A stretch of DNA of 63,473 bases, filler included, from Collodictyon triciliatum (Eukaryota), in NCBI GenBank assembly GCA_043381765.1. It is 4 parts of 4 records of this genome, joined end to end, with 100 filler letters (N's around TTAATTAATTAA, not from the genome) between each part and the next. Parts side by side here need not be neighbours in the genome. Positions count along the whole stretch, not along the records: positions 38,926 to 54,643 come from JBHJMP010001522.1; positions 54,744 to 63,473 come from JBHJMP010001595.1; 2 more parts are not named here. One strand, given 5' to 3'. Of this stretch, positions 48,660 through 60,491 are shown piece by piece; the first letter of the stretch is position 1; each line of letters begins with the position of its first letter. Both the position numbers and the translations under genes were made by a program. Under the pieces are notes generated by a model. It saw nothing but the letters and a program-made list of their open reading frames with translations. It searched no databases and was not told where the DNA came from.

Positions 48660-51600
48660 AATGGGGAGTGGCGGAGGGCACTTGCCGACTTGATTTGATT
48701 CGAACTCAAACCTGGCCGACATCAACCTCGTGCTGGTACTTGCGGGCTGCGGCGCCGGAGCGTGTAAAGATGGCGGTTCCGTTTCCGTAGGGGTTCTTGT
48801 TGATGAGCGTGATGGCGTCGTCCAGGGTGTTTGCTTTGAGGCAGATCATCACGGGGCCAAACACCTACACATTCGTTGCATCTTAGATTCTATCTTGGAG
48901 AGGAAGATAGTGGATCGAGTAGGTTGCGTAGAAGGCCAGTGGCCGATGCATTGGCGTTGATCCGCGTGGAGAAAACATGATGGAGTCGTATGTCGCGGGT
49001 GCGTACCTCTTCTTTGTAGATCTCCATCTCTGGAGTGACATCTGTGATGATCGTCGGCCCGACAAAGTTTCCGTGGTCGTAGCCGGGAACCCTGATGTTG
49101 CGGCCGTCAAGGAGGATTCGGGCCCCTTCTTTTGCGCTGTTTTCGATCAGGCGGTGGACTCTGTCCTTGGACTTTTGGAGTAGGTTAAAATAACAATTAA
49201 GGTTTGAGAGAAATGAGTAATCTACAACTTAATGTGGTCGGTCTCTTTCGAGCCGAAGATAAATTCTTTGTATAATGGCACGCTATCACATGTCATCTAG
49301 GGTATATCTTGTAAGTAAGTTCTTTCAATATACATCCTTGGAGACCAGAGGGCCCATGTTGGCCTTTGGGTCGGCTGGATTCGTCACCACGAGACGCTTC
49401 GCTCGTTCGACTAGGTCATTGACCCTGCCATGGAAATCAAGAAGAAAAATAAGAATGAATTGAATAAAGGAAAAAAAAAGAAGAAAAAGAGGAATTTATC
49501 AGGTATTTGCTTGTGGAAGACACATACCAAGACTGACTTTCACCGACGAATACGGCAGCAGAGAGTGCCATGCAGCGTTGCCCAGAGGCACCAAAAGCAG
49601 CACCGGTCAATGCGTCCAGAGTTGTCTCACGATTGGCGTCTGGCATGATAGTGGCATGATTTTTTGCTCCTAAATTCGCCTGAGTCGTTGGAGGGAATTT
49701 AAAAAAATTATGCGTTTCAAATCGTTTTTGCGAGTGCCGTTTTATTTTATTTTTTTAATATACATATAAAAGGAATGAATAAATAACCTGGACTCGCTTC
49801 CCATTTTTAGACCCAAGCTCATGAACATATGTTCCAACGCGATTGCCTCCCACAAAAGATATAGCACGAATGTCAGGATGTGTACAAATGAAATCAACAG
49901 AGTCCTAAACCATTTCCATTTTCGATGGTTTATAAATGTCGGATGTAAAAGTTACACGCTCTTTCATTTTATTTTTTTTACGGATGCTTGGGATATTAAG
50001 TTACTTTTTGTCCGTGGATAACGTTGAGCACCCCTGGCGGGAGTCCTGCTTTCAAAGCTAGCTCAGCAAGGAACATAGTAGCTCCAGGGTCGCGTTCGGA
50101 TGGTTTGAGAATAAAAGTATTTCCGCATGCTGTGGCCATCGGGAACCTCATAGCAATTATATGAAAATTAATAAAGTATATTAATTTCTTTAGTCTCTTC
50201 ATGATTATCATTCGGAGAAAAAAATGGATGGCAATCACTTACATAGCCATATATATGAAGGGGTACTTACATCTACGATATTCGAATTAACTCCATGGTA
50301 CGAACAAAAGAACTCACAAAAAGGAGATATCGCATGCAATAGCATGCAGTTAGAATGAAATGAGCACAACATAGAATTCGAGAAACCCATCTAACACATT
50401 ATTTGAGAGTGAATCTTCCATCCTACATAATTTGATGGAATGATATATAAAAACTGACCCAGAGAGGTATCAAAGCTGGGAAGTTAAAAGGGGAAATTCC
50501 AGCACAGACACCCAGTGGTTGTCGATAACTGTATGTATCCATGTTGCGGGAAACTCCTTCAGCAGTCTCACCCATAGTCAATGTCGCCATCGAGCAAGCA
50601 TGCTCAACGACTTCCAAACCACGAAAGACGTCGCCCTTTAGAAGAAGCAAGAAATCAATACCTTCTTGAAAAAAAAATTAAGAAAAAAAGGTATACTCCT
50701 ATTTCATGAAAAAATGAATTAAGAAAGGGGTATATAAGAAAATAAATGGAAGCTGCCTTTATGATTCGATCGGAGAGATTTTTTTCTCCTTTATTCGATT
50801 CAAAGTTTCGATCGGAGAGATTATAATATCTTCATTCAAGAAACATCAGTATGGTGGAAAATAATAACCTCAGCATCGGCTTTAGTTTTACCAAGTTCCT
50901 GAGTGATTAGGCTCGCTATTTTCCCCTGATATAAACAAATATATTGTTGAGATTGGGTCCATGCATATTTCATATACTTTATATATACATATATATCATG
51001 CTACATATATATATATCAAATTTGCGCCATGAACAAGCAGCAACGGAAGGAAATGGAAACCAAATTTTCTCGGATGAGATGCTGGTAGTTGAACATCACG
51101 CGGACTCTGGTCAGTGTGCTGACGTCCTTCCATGTCCGAAAAGCCTCTTTGGCAGCTGAAACAGCAGCGTTCATTTCGTCGTTGGTGGTCAAAGGCACTC
51201 GTGAAACAACTTCTTGTGTAGCCTATAACATTAATATGATCCTTTGTTACCTCTCATCTGTTTTAACCAATCAGTTCAAAAGTGAGAAGATACAGAAGGC
51301 TATAAAACAAAGATGATAAAAGAACAGTTAATTAAAAAAGACAATAAAAAGACAATAAAAAGACAATAAAAAGACAATAAAAAGACAATAAAAAGACAAT
51401 AAAAAGACAATAAAAAGACAATAAAAAGACAATAAAAAGACAATAAAAAAAAAAANNNNNNNNNNNNNNNNNNNNNNNNNNNNNNNNNNNNNNNNNNNNN
51501 NNNNNNNNNNNNNNNNNNNNNNNNNNNNNNNNNNNNNNNNNNNNNNNNNNNNNNNNNNNNNNNNNNNNNNNNNNNNNNNNNNNNNNNNNNNNNNNNNNNN

Positions 51601-52192
51601 NNNNNNNNNNNNNNNNNNNNNNNNNNNNNNNNNNNNNNNNNNNNNNAAAAAAAGACAAAAAAAAAAAAAAAAAAAGACAATAAAAAGACAATAAAAAAGA
51701 CAATAAAAAAGACAATAAAAAAGACAAAAAAAAAAGACTTAAAGAAAAGAAAAACATGGGCCTTGGTTACATACAGGGTTGGTAACGTCGACAAAGTTTT
51801 TTGTCTTTGACTCCACAGTTTGGCCATCGATTAAGAGCTTAACAGTTTGCTAATAAAAAAAAACATTGTTGGTTTTCTATTACCATAATTTTAGTAATAA
51901 CTATATATATTCCCACTGCTTTGCTTTGGCAAACAATAAAATAAAATTCGAGTGTTTTTCGACAGTATTAAACTTATCCCAGACAGAGCTATTCAACAGT
52001 CTCAAGTGGTATAGAAATGATATACAGCAAAACGTCAACATCTCGTGCAAAGCCAAATATAATGCCAATAAATGTAACAAGGAAGGGTTCAAAAATGTTG
52101 ATTCATCATACCGGGCGAGTTGTGGTGGTTACAAGACGGGCAGAGAGTCTCACTGACAGCAGACCAGCTTTGGATGGCTTGAATACAATCAT
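48406..52192 (-). CDS. ALDH6A1: Methylmalonate-semialdehyde dehydrogenase, mitochondrial, multi-exon
   Basis: The first exon looks like a transit peptide ([21 protein letters not shown]). Later motifs: [55 protein letters not shown] (catalytic Cys), [22 protein letters not shown]. Confidence 0.96.
48608..48656. repeat. (CAT)n repeat abutting the last ALDH6A1 3' splice site
   Basis: Seen directly. Confidence 0.95.
50781..50806 (-). mobile_element. Micro-insertion copy 3: ACTTTGAATCGAATAAAG + GAGAAAAA, flanked by perfect 16-bp direct repeat
   Basis: Core at 50789-50806; TTCGATCGGAGAGATT at 50765-50780 and 50807-50822; inside an ALDH6A1 intron. Confidence 0.75.
51334..51740. repeat. (AAAAAGACAAT)n 11-mer array spanning an assembly gap, ALDH6A1 intron
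   Basis: Seen on both sides of the N run. Confidence 0.9.
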
Positions 52193-53853
52193 CTGCAATT
52201 CGTTGACAAGAGCTGTCATAGGGGAGTGTGAGGTTTTTTTATTATCACTCTGTGTGTATCCCTCTGGGGTCGTGCCTCAGAAAGTGACTGCCTTGGTGGA
52301 TCGCCAACGCTAAGCCATTTATTTGCTTCATAATTCGTTTTGCTGTCACCCGTCAAACAAAATTCCGCAAATGTAATAGGGCCGGGATAGGGCTGTGAGC
52401 TATGCAACAGGGGCTTTTCCCTGTGTGTTGGTAGCGATTGCATTCATGACGATCACGGATATACGCAGGCATGTATGTAGAGTACATTGTGATCATTGAG
52501 ATCCTCTGATTGATCTGTGGTGGGTTGTTGATGCCAAACCCACCAGCTTGTCTACCTTTTGGGGACTGGGGAAGATATGGCACGGCACAGATTTCAAAAG
52601 ACACTCTCCAACCTTTTCCAGATGAAGATAACTTGAGCGAAAGCACTCAATGGCAACAAAAGAGGCAATCGTTTTGGTAATTCAACAAAGGAGGGAAAGT
52701 TGCAGAAAATGGAGGCGTTGACTGGCTTCTCTTCGCGGAGACTAAACCCAAGTTGAAACAAGTTTGTAACAAGCAAGCGAATTCGCCCACACGATCAAGA
52801 GCCGATGGGATGATTGTGTCAATCATTTGCTCCATACCATAAGTCCCTGGATATGACAATACTACTATTCGCCGTCTCTACGCCTCAAAAAAGCGAGCAA
52901 ATGGAAAACAAAAGTTTGGGAGAGAAGAGAGTATATTTTTCTTGCACCTAGACGCATGCATTTGGCACGAAGGATAAGCTGCCAACACTCATTTCACGTC
53001 TCGCTTTTTTTTTTTAAAAAAAAAAAACGTCTTCCACCAATCCTCCTTTCATATGGCCTCGTGAACCAAGCGAAAGTTTGGCGCAATTATTACACTTTAA
53101 TGAAAAAAAGAAGGCGCCGAGATAATTTCTTCAAGTAACCATTTAAGCTAGAAGCGTACCACAGACTATCTACGAGAGGATTTATTCACAAGTTCTTTTT
53201 CTTTTAGAACCCCACTTCGCCCTGTTGCTTAGCCTAGCGACAGTCATTCACGTCTCACTTGAAAGACTTGTAACCTCCAAAAAGTCAAAAAAGAAAAAAA
53301 AAAGGCGAGTTTCCCTTAAATGAATGAGATCCAAGAGGCCATACAGTGCGATCTTTTGGAAGCAGAGAATAAGGCGACAGAATTAAAGGTAAAGAGTCCT
53401 TTATCAATCACAAAATCACGACTTTCCCTTCTTCACCTTTGTCGCTTGGAGAAGCTTACAGTCACGTCACGAAAGACTTCTCTTTGACAAAACTTGATTG
53501 AGGCAACCTCCACTAAGGTCCCCCTTCCTCAAAGTTCCTGAAGGCGCTAGCAAATCGGCTTGGCTGTTTGAATCGCGCTGAATACGCCCTTTTAGGCGAT
53601 TCCGAACTTCTCCCCACAACACAATTTTTTTTATGATTCATTTGCCAGTTTTGAGGGACAGGGGGCACTGAAGGCACAAAAAAACTAGCATAGGAGATAT
53701 ACAATTATTATTAATTTTTTTTTGTTCTTTCTTTTTATCGATTCGAAGAGGAGATGAACTGTATGTTAATTTGTTAAAAAAAAAAAACTTTCTTAAAAAA
53801 AGGTATATGAAGAGCACACATACTTTGAGAATAGCAAGCGCACTCGCCGACCA

Positions 53854-54528
53854 ATGAAACGTTGGACACGTTCTGAAGATGAACAGTTGCGTAAGTTGGT
53901 CACAGAGATGGAGTTTACAGCCTTGGCATTGACAGGAGCTGATTCCGGACATACAAAGCAATCGAGCGGCCAAAGTGAGGCAGTAAGTCCATGGCCTGGC
54001 CCATCCAACACAAGGACAGGCGCGATCTTCAAGGAGAGAAAGCAGGAGAATAAAGACCGTGCGTCTTTTCGCTGGAAGGAGATAGCAGCTCGCATGGGCG
54101 GTGAGCGCACACCCGATCAGTACTGCGAAAGGTGGCATCGCTTCCTACGCACGGATATTCGACGAGATGAATGGACCGAGGATGAAGACCGACATTTGGC
54201 CATGGTCATGCAAGCTTATGGCTCCAGAGGATGGAAAACGGTTGTAGCTCACATGAATGGTCGCACAGAACGTCAGTGTCAGTTCAGATGGCATCAGATT
54301 CACAAGAAGCCACCCAGCATGACGTTTCACAATCTCTTTGTCCAGTCTCACACACCGGCTCCTTCCAGCAACCCAGCGTCTCTGTTTCTACCCTTATCCA
54401 CAGAGAACTTCACTTATCCCGAGAAGAGCACCACACTCTCCGAGCAAACGGTCATTAGCCCACCAAAATCTGACGGCCTGAACTCATCCTCGACACAACG
54501 CATGTCCATCAACTGGCTCCTTAATTGA
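53854..54528 (+). CDS. Two-repeat Myb transcription factor, intronless ORF
   Basis: RWTRSEDEQL...RWKEIAARMGGERTPDQYCERWHRFL...EWTEDEDRHL...WKTVVAHMNGRTERQCQFRW, with regularly spaced Trp residues. Confidence 0.88.
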   Translation: MKRWTRSEDEQLRKLVTEMEFTALALTGADSGHTKQSSGQSEAVSPWPGPSNTRTGAIFKERKQENKDRASFRWKEIAARMGGERTPDQYCERWHRFLRTDIRRDEWTEDEDRHLAMVMQAYGSRGWKTVVAHMNGRTERQCQFRWHQIHKKPPSMTFHNLFVQSHTPAPSSNPASLFLPLSTENFTYPEKSTTLSEQTVISPPKSDGLNSSSTQRMSINWLLN

Positions 54529-54604
54529 AACAACCAATTCACATTTGACAAACAAACAAAAACAAAAAAAAAAAAAAAATTTATCTTTTTTTCTCTTTTT
54601 TTTT

Positions 54605-54643
<39 letters not shown>

Positions 54644-54743
54644 NNNNNNNNNNNNNNNNNNNNNNNNNNNNNNNNNNNNNNNNNNNNTTAATTAATTAAN
54701 NNNNNNNNNNNNNNNNNNNNNNNNNNNNNNNNNNNNNNNNNNN
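54644..54743. other. Artificial contig-joining spacer
   Basis: 44N-TTAATTAATTAA-44N. Confidence 0.95.
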
Positions 54744-55358
54744 TCTTCTTCTTTTTCTTCTTCTTTTTCTTCTTCTTCTTTTTCTTCTTTTTCTTCTTTT
54801 TCTTCTTTTTCTTCTTTTTCTTCTTTTTCTTCTTTTTCTTCTTTTGTTATTGTTTCCCATTCCTTTTCTTAAGCCCTTGGGGATGGGTGGGGCGTTCGTT
54901 CGAATGCGGCTTTCATAGAACCAGGTTTGTTAGGCGTAGTTGTTGCTCGTTTTTTCATTCCCCCATATCCGATTAGAGGGTCGCTTCGAGGTTGAAAGAT
55001 TAGTTCATAATGAGTATCTCTCTTGTATCACCCCAGCGTAAGAATGCTGCTGATATATCATATTTACATTAATATTCATTCAGAGGTATAGGTGTTGTAT
55101 CTTAGTGCTGCGATGGGTATAAAAGAAATCGAATGTACTGGGTCGTTTTTAGCTTTAAAAAGTTCAACGTATGTTTACATTATACTGAATATCCATGTGT
55201 GCAATATGTTTATTATGGTGTATTTAATTCACTTGAACATCCTCTTTTCTATGTCTATGAATCCAGAGTATATTTTTTTTATTTCTGTTGGGCTTGTTTC
55301 AATATGGTCCCCTTTTCCTAAACACTATTCTGCGACTCCTTCACTCGAGGAATGACGT

Positions 55359-58300
55359 TAGCCTTCAACCCTGGTCAGGCAATAGCAGTTAGTGTATCCT
55401 GCATTTATAAGTTGGGATATCTTGTCTAGAGTGCGCAAAATATGACAATGCTAACCATTGGAAAGTCGAAGGACAACGAAAGGCTCGGGACTCATGAGAC
55501 ATGGGTCAACGAACCGTAGATGAAATCTCCGAATAATCATGGATAGTATCAGTTTCATTTCCATCCATGCTGCTCAAGCAAAGGTTTTTTAAGAAAAAAA
55601 AGTTCAAAACTACAAGAGAGGGTTCCTGATGCACACGCATTAATCAAGGATAAATCAATTAGGATGTTCCAAGATATTATCTAAGGTGATGACTAACCGA
55701 AATTCTGGCCCAGGCAATTCCTTTGGCCAGCGCTAAATGGGCTAAATTATGTTTCGTTTGGGTTAATACTGTTCGCGAATTTTTGATAGCGGTGCATAAA
55801 ATAAAAATTGAATCTGAATTCAAGTTTTGTTTACAAAATAACCCTTTTCTTTAAAAAAAAAAAATAATAATAATCAAGAAATACACAAATGCAAAAGGAT
55901 GTCTCCCTTTAGATCTCTCTGCACTAAATCTGTCAGGGTCGTATAAGTCTGGGGATTCCCATCTTAAATGAAAGGAGAATAGGCAATTATTAGTGGTCTG
56001 AAAACTTTAAGGGGATGCTTGAGTTATCCGTCATGTTTGAATCAAGACAAAAGAAACGCTACATTTGAGGGTTTCGGTGAATGGAAAAGGGGACGATAGC
56101 TATTTCGACATTTTCTGGGATGGTATATTGCCCTATTTGAAGTGGTTTATCGGTTCTTCGCCCGAGAATTGGAACAGTTGTGTACAGCCGTAGGCTCTAA
56201 ATACATATGCTTTCATGCATGCTTTGTTGTTTTATTGTTTTATTGTTTTATTGTTTTATTGTTTTATTGTTTTATTGTTTTATTGTTTTATTGTTTTATT
56301 GTTTTATTGTTTTATTGTTTTATTGTTTTATTGTTTTATTGTTTTATNNNNNNNNNNNNNNNNNNNNNNNNNNNNNNNNNNNNNNNNNNNNNNNNNNNNN
56401 NNNNNNNNNNNNNNNNNNNNNNNNNNNNNNNNNNNNNNNNNNNNNNNNNNNNNNNNNNNNNNNNNNNNNNNNNNNNNNNNNNNNNNNNNNNNNNNNNNNN
56501 NNNNNNNNNNNNNNNNNNNNNNNNNNNNNNNNNNNNNNNNNNNNNNNNNNNNNNNNNNNNNNNNNNNNNNNNNNNNNNNNNNNNNNNNNNNNNNNNNNNN
56601 NNNNNNNNNNNTTTTTTTTTTTGGTTTTTTTTTTTGGTTTTTTAATAATTTATAATAATAAACATACAAGTAGCTATAATTTCATGTCTTGTGGTTCCTT
56701 CGATTCATTAAATATGTAAACCTCTTTTAAACAATGGTCCAGATATGACATTCCCTTAAGGTCTTCATAGGTGGGCATATCTTTTTCTCCTAAAACTCGG
56801 CGTATCTCCTCGCAAACCTTGGATTCTGGGAATCGTTGAATTTTATTAGTTTTGCACAATATATGTTGCTTTTAAAGGGTCTAACCGACGTCAGGATGTG
56901 TCATAATGTTAAACAGGGCGTATTGGAGGGATGTCGCCGATGTATCGCTGAATTTAATAGGTAACCGTTATTTTAATTGGATATAGCAATCAGTTATGAT
57001 ACATCAGTATGTTATACAACAGCCTCTTACTGCCCTGCAAAAATGAAAGTTATCACTTCATCCATTACATCACTCTCAGATAGCATGTCCCCAGTTTCTC
57101 CATCACGTGCTAATTAATTCTATGTTAGCTTTGTAGAAAACGAATCGATTTCATTGGAAGGTATTAAGAAATAGAAAATTATTCATACATGACAATAATA
57201 TATCTAGAAAGTCCTTTGGAGCTCTTTGAATCGATGCAGACTATTTTCAATATAACGATGGGTCTTTGATTAAAAAGGCGACATAAATTAATGATGGTTT
57301 GATTCAGGGTGATTATATCAAAAAAAAAAAGCGAAAACCTTTCCTGTTAATCCATTTCTTCTGTTTTCGATCATCGATGAGCATATCCCTTTTGGGAATG
57401 TGACGATGAGTCCCTATGTAATTATTATTATTTTTGTTCATAAAATCATACCTCTGATTTTTTTGACTGCTTGTAGATGTCTCCGACCGCTATCAGTCAT
57501 GAACCAAAGTCTTGGGGGAATGTAAGGGTACTTCGTCTTAAGTTTGAAAAAAAATTCATTGAATAAGCTTTTCGTTAACTCCAATGAGGACTTTTGAATA
57601 TGTCTTTCAGTATCTATACTCAATATTAGTATGTTAGTGTCGTTGGCGGCTAGAGAATGATAAAGAAAAGTGCGCACGATATGATATCCTATTGTTTCCA
57701 AAGCCTCTGTCACAGCTTGACAGAATTCAGACTCTTCATTTAACTGTGCATTTGCCTTAAATCCACAAGCACACTGTCATGTAATAAGTGTTAAATATGA
57801 GCAATCAAATAAAATGAAAATGGCCCCATCTAGTAATACTGCTACGAACCTCTGCGATTATGTCGAATGTGCACATAAATAGCCTATTAAAGTGATGGTT
57901 ATATTCAGAAGAATCGAACTTTATGCATAAGTATACTGCCAAGCCCACTTACATAGAACCCACGTCAAATGTTGGGAGGGCACCCGACCCAAGCTTTTCT
58001 TGCGAGAAAATTTCCAGTTTTTCGATAAGTACCTTGACATTCTTGGTCATCACTTTGTAATATTCCTGATATTATATTAATGGAAAGAAAATATTTATGG
58101 AATAATGGTGGTGTCTGTAAGAAAAAAATTCATCATATTGCAATTTATGTGTTGGAAAGTGAGTAAATAGATACTTGAAGGATTTCAAAATGAAATGCAG
58201 GAGTCAAAAGCTTTCTTGATTTTTTCCAATGCATTCCATCAGATGTGATTAACCCTGTAAGTATGCTGTATTTTGGAAAACGTGCCCCACTTTTAGACAT

Positions 58301-59088
58301 AAAAAAGATGTATAATGCCGAACCTTGTCCCAGAAACTCTTGGAAGAATTTTGTTGAGAAAGCCTTTGGCACAGTGTTCTTATATATGTAATGGGCTAGG
58401 TAGGGTTAATGAGCTATTGAGTATGATTCCACACTTACATCAGTATACAAAATTCTCTTCTATAGTGTACTTAAGATTGGCTTGGAAACTTTATAATTAA
58501 ATACTATGCCTGGGTCTGGGTGCAATACTACAACCACTGGAAACGTGGGGGTGACCCAAACTGTTGTCATCGGGCCGATTTGTGTTGCGATTTTGGTCAA
58601 TTCGATCAGAGGTATATATCCAAACTCATTGGCATGGATGTGACTAAAAAAAATATTTATTTCATTAAAAGTAAGAGTGAAAAAAATATAAATATCATCT
58701 AATTGTAGTGATATATCGATATTTTTCCAATTGAAATGAGTTTCTGATATTGCATTACAAAACATGATTATGAATAGGTACCCAATTAATGGCATCAGAG
58801 GAAGTGAAGGCAACTTGCTCAATTCTGTGCATAAGACACAAGACTCATTAAAAAAATGTGTGGACTGACACATTTTCAAATATTTGAGTATACCTTTGTA
58901 ATAAATACGCCTGTGTAAATTATTTGCGTAATGCACCACCAAAACTAAGGACAACACGATTGTATCTGCAATCCAATCGCGGCGAAATAATTTTCTAGCC
59001 ACTTTATGGATTGCATACAATAGAGATGACCCTGTTAAGAAAACAGTGATGCTCAATATTTGACCAAACCTCCTAATCCGTCTAGACT
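55359..59088 (-). CDS. Cytochrome P450, CYP4-clan-like, multi-exon; both termini approximate
   Basis: [40 protein letters not shown] (I-helix), [13 protein letters not shown] (ExxR), [26 protein letters not shown] (heme Cys). Confidence 0.93.
56226..56347. repeat. (TTTTATTG)n octamer array adjoining a gap, P450 intron
   Basis: Seen directly. Confidence 0.93.
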
Positions 59089-60132
59089 AATGGGGAAAAA
59101 TTACTTGATAAAAATCTCATGACTGTCTTTCGCGTTCATCTTAAAGTATGGAAGTGAATATATGGAATTAATGCCAAAGCATGAGGTTCTCGAAAAGATG
59201 GTATATTGGCATCACAAGCAATAATACGAATAGCTTTATACCCGGGTTTCGTCACCAATCTTGATCAGCTCATCTCTGGATATTGGTGGTCTAATATATG
59301 TTATTCAGCTATTAATATAATCATGTAGAATTTAAAAGAAATACGTAGCTTTATTTCTTTAATTTTTCTTGATTGTAGTCTATTATATTCTTTAATTCTA
59401 CTATTTTTACCTTTATCATTATGTTCTCTATGTCGCATAGATTATAAATCGCAAAATATGAAGAAATATGGTTGTCATTACAGGCCGATAGGTTTCTCGC
59501 ATGACGTGTTTTTTTCCCACCAAGCTGGGTCAATTTGTTGATTCAGGGTTCCTGGCTGAATTGCTCTTCTATTAGATAGAGATAAAGTAAGATTGTTGGC
59601 ACGGGCGTCAACAGCTAAGTATGTCATGAATATAAAAAAAAGGGAGAGAAATAAGGTACATAAAAATCAATAAATTGTGGTATTAATACATCTATATTAT
59701 ATTGGTATTAGTACCACATAGATAACAAAAAAAAAATACGCAAATCTTTGCCTTAAAGTTAATCACCAACCCAACATGCTAAAATACGTGAAAGTTTTGT
59801 AAAGTCTATCACTTACAGCAATCCCACAAAGGAGCCTGATCCAAGCAAAAGATAAAACTTTGTGCGAAGAGATAAAGCTTGAGGCATACCGAGTATTTTA
59901 TTTTATTATACTTTGGATGTGCTAACTTTTATGGCAAAGCAATCTCTAGTCCAGCTCCGGGTAGTTGATGCAGCCGTCAACCTACTTGGGAAAGCGTCAT
60001 TGTCGTTGTGAAGTAGACGGATAATTTAATTGATCGAAGAGATTGATTCCCCAAGGTAACCAGCAGAAAGGAAGAATGACAGAGCACCAAAAACAGCGTG
60101 GCTGGACGGCAGGAAGAAAACAGAGAGGATAC

Positions 60133-60173
60133 CCCTTTTCTTGTTCGTTTTTTCCCTTTATTCGATTCAAAGT
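60133..60173 (-). mobile_element. Micro-insertion copy 4: ACTTTGAATCGAATAAAG + GGAAAAAACGAACAAGAAAAGGG, flanked by 7-bp direct repeat
   Basis: Core at 60156-60173; AGGATAC at 60126-60132 and 60174-60180. Confidence 0.65.
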
Positions 60174-60386
60174 AGGATACTTCTTTGAATAGTAGGCTGA
60201 GAGAAATAAACTTTGGTGGCCAAATAGGTGTCTGAAAAACATAATTCGGTTCTTTCGCTGTGCAAAATAAACCTCCAGGCGCGAATAATCGAGACAAGCA
60301 AACCCCACCGCCCGATAAGACGGCACCTTTCACACCCGAGACCCCGAAAGTGTGGGTACAATCATTATCTTGCGCCATTGTTTGGC

Positions 60387-60389
60387 TAT

Positions 60390-60488
<99 letters not shown>

Positions 60489-60491
60489 TTT
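60387..60491. repeat. (TATT)n microsatellite
   Basis: Seen directly. Confidence 0.96.

Noticed and set aside
52216-52860. Several 60-100 aa ORFs between ALDH6A1 and Myb
   Set aside because: They have no family motifs and overlap in all frames. The region is probably UTR or promoter sequence.
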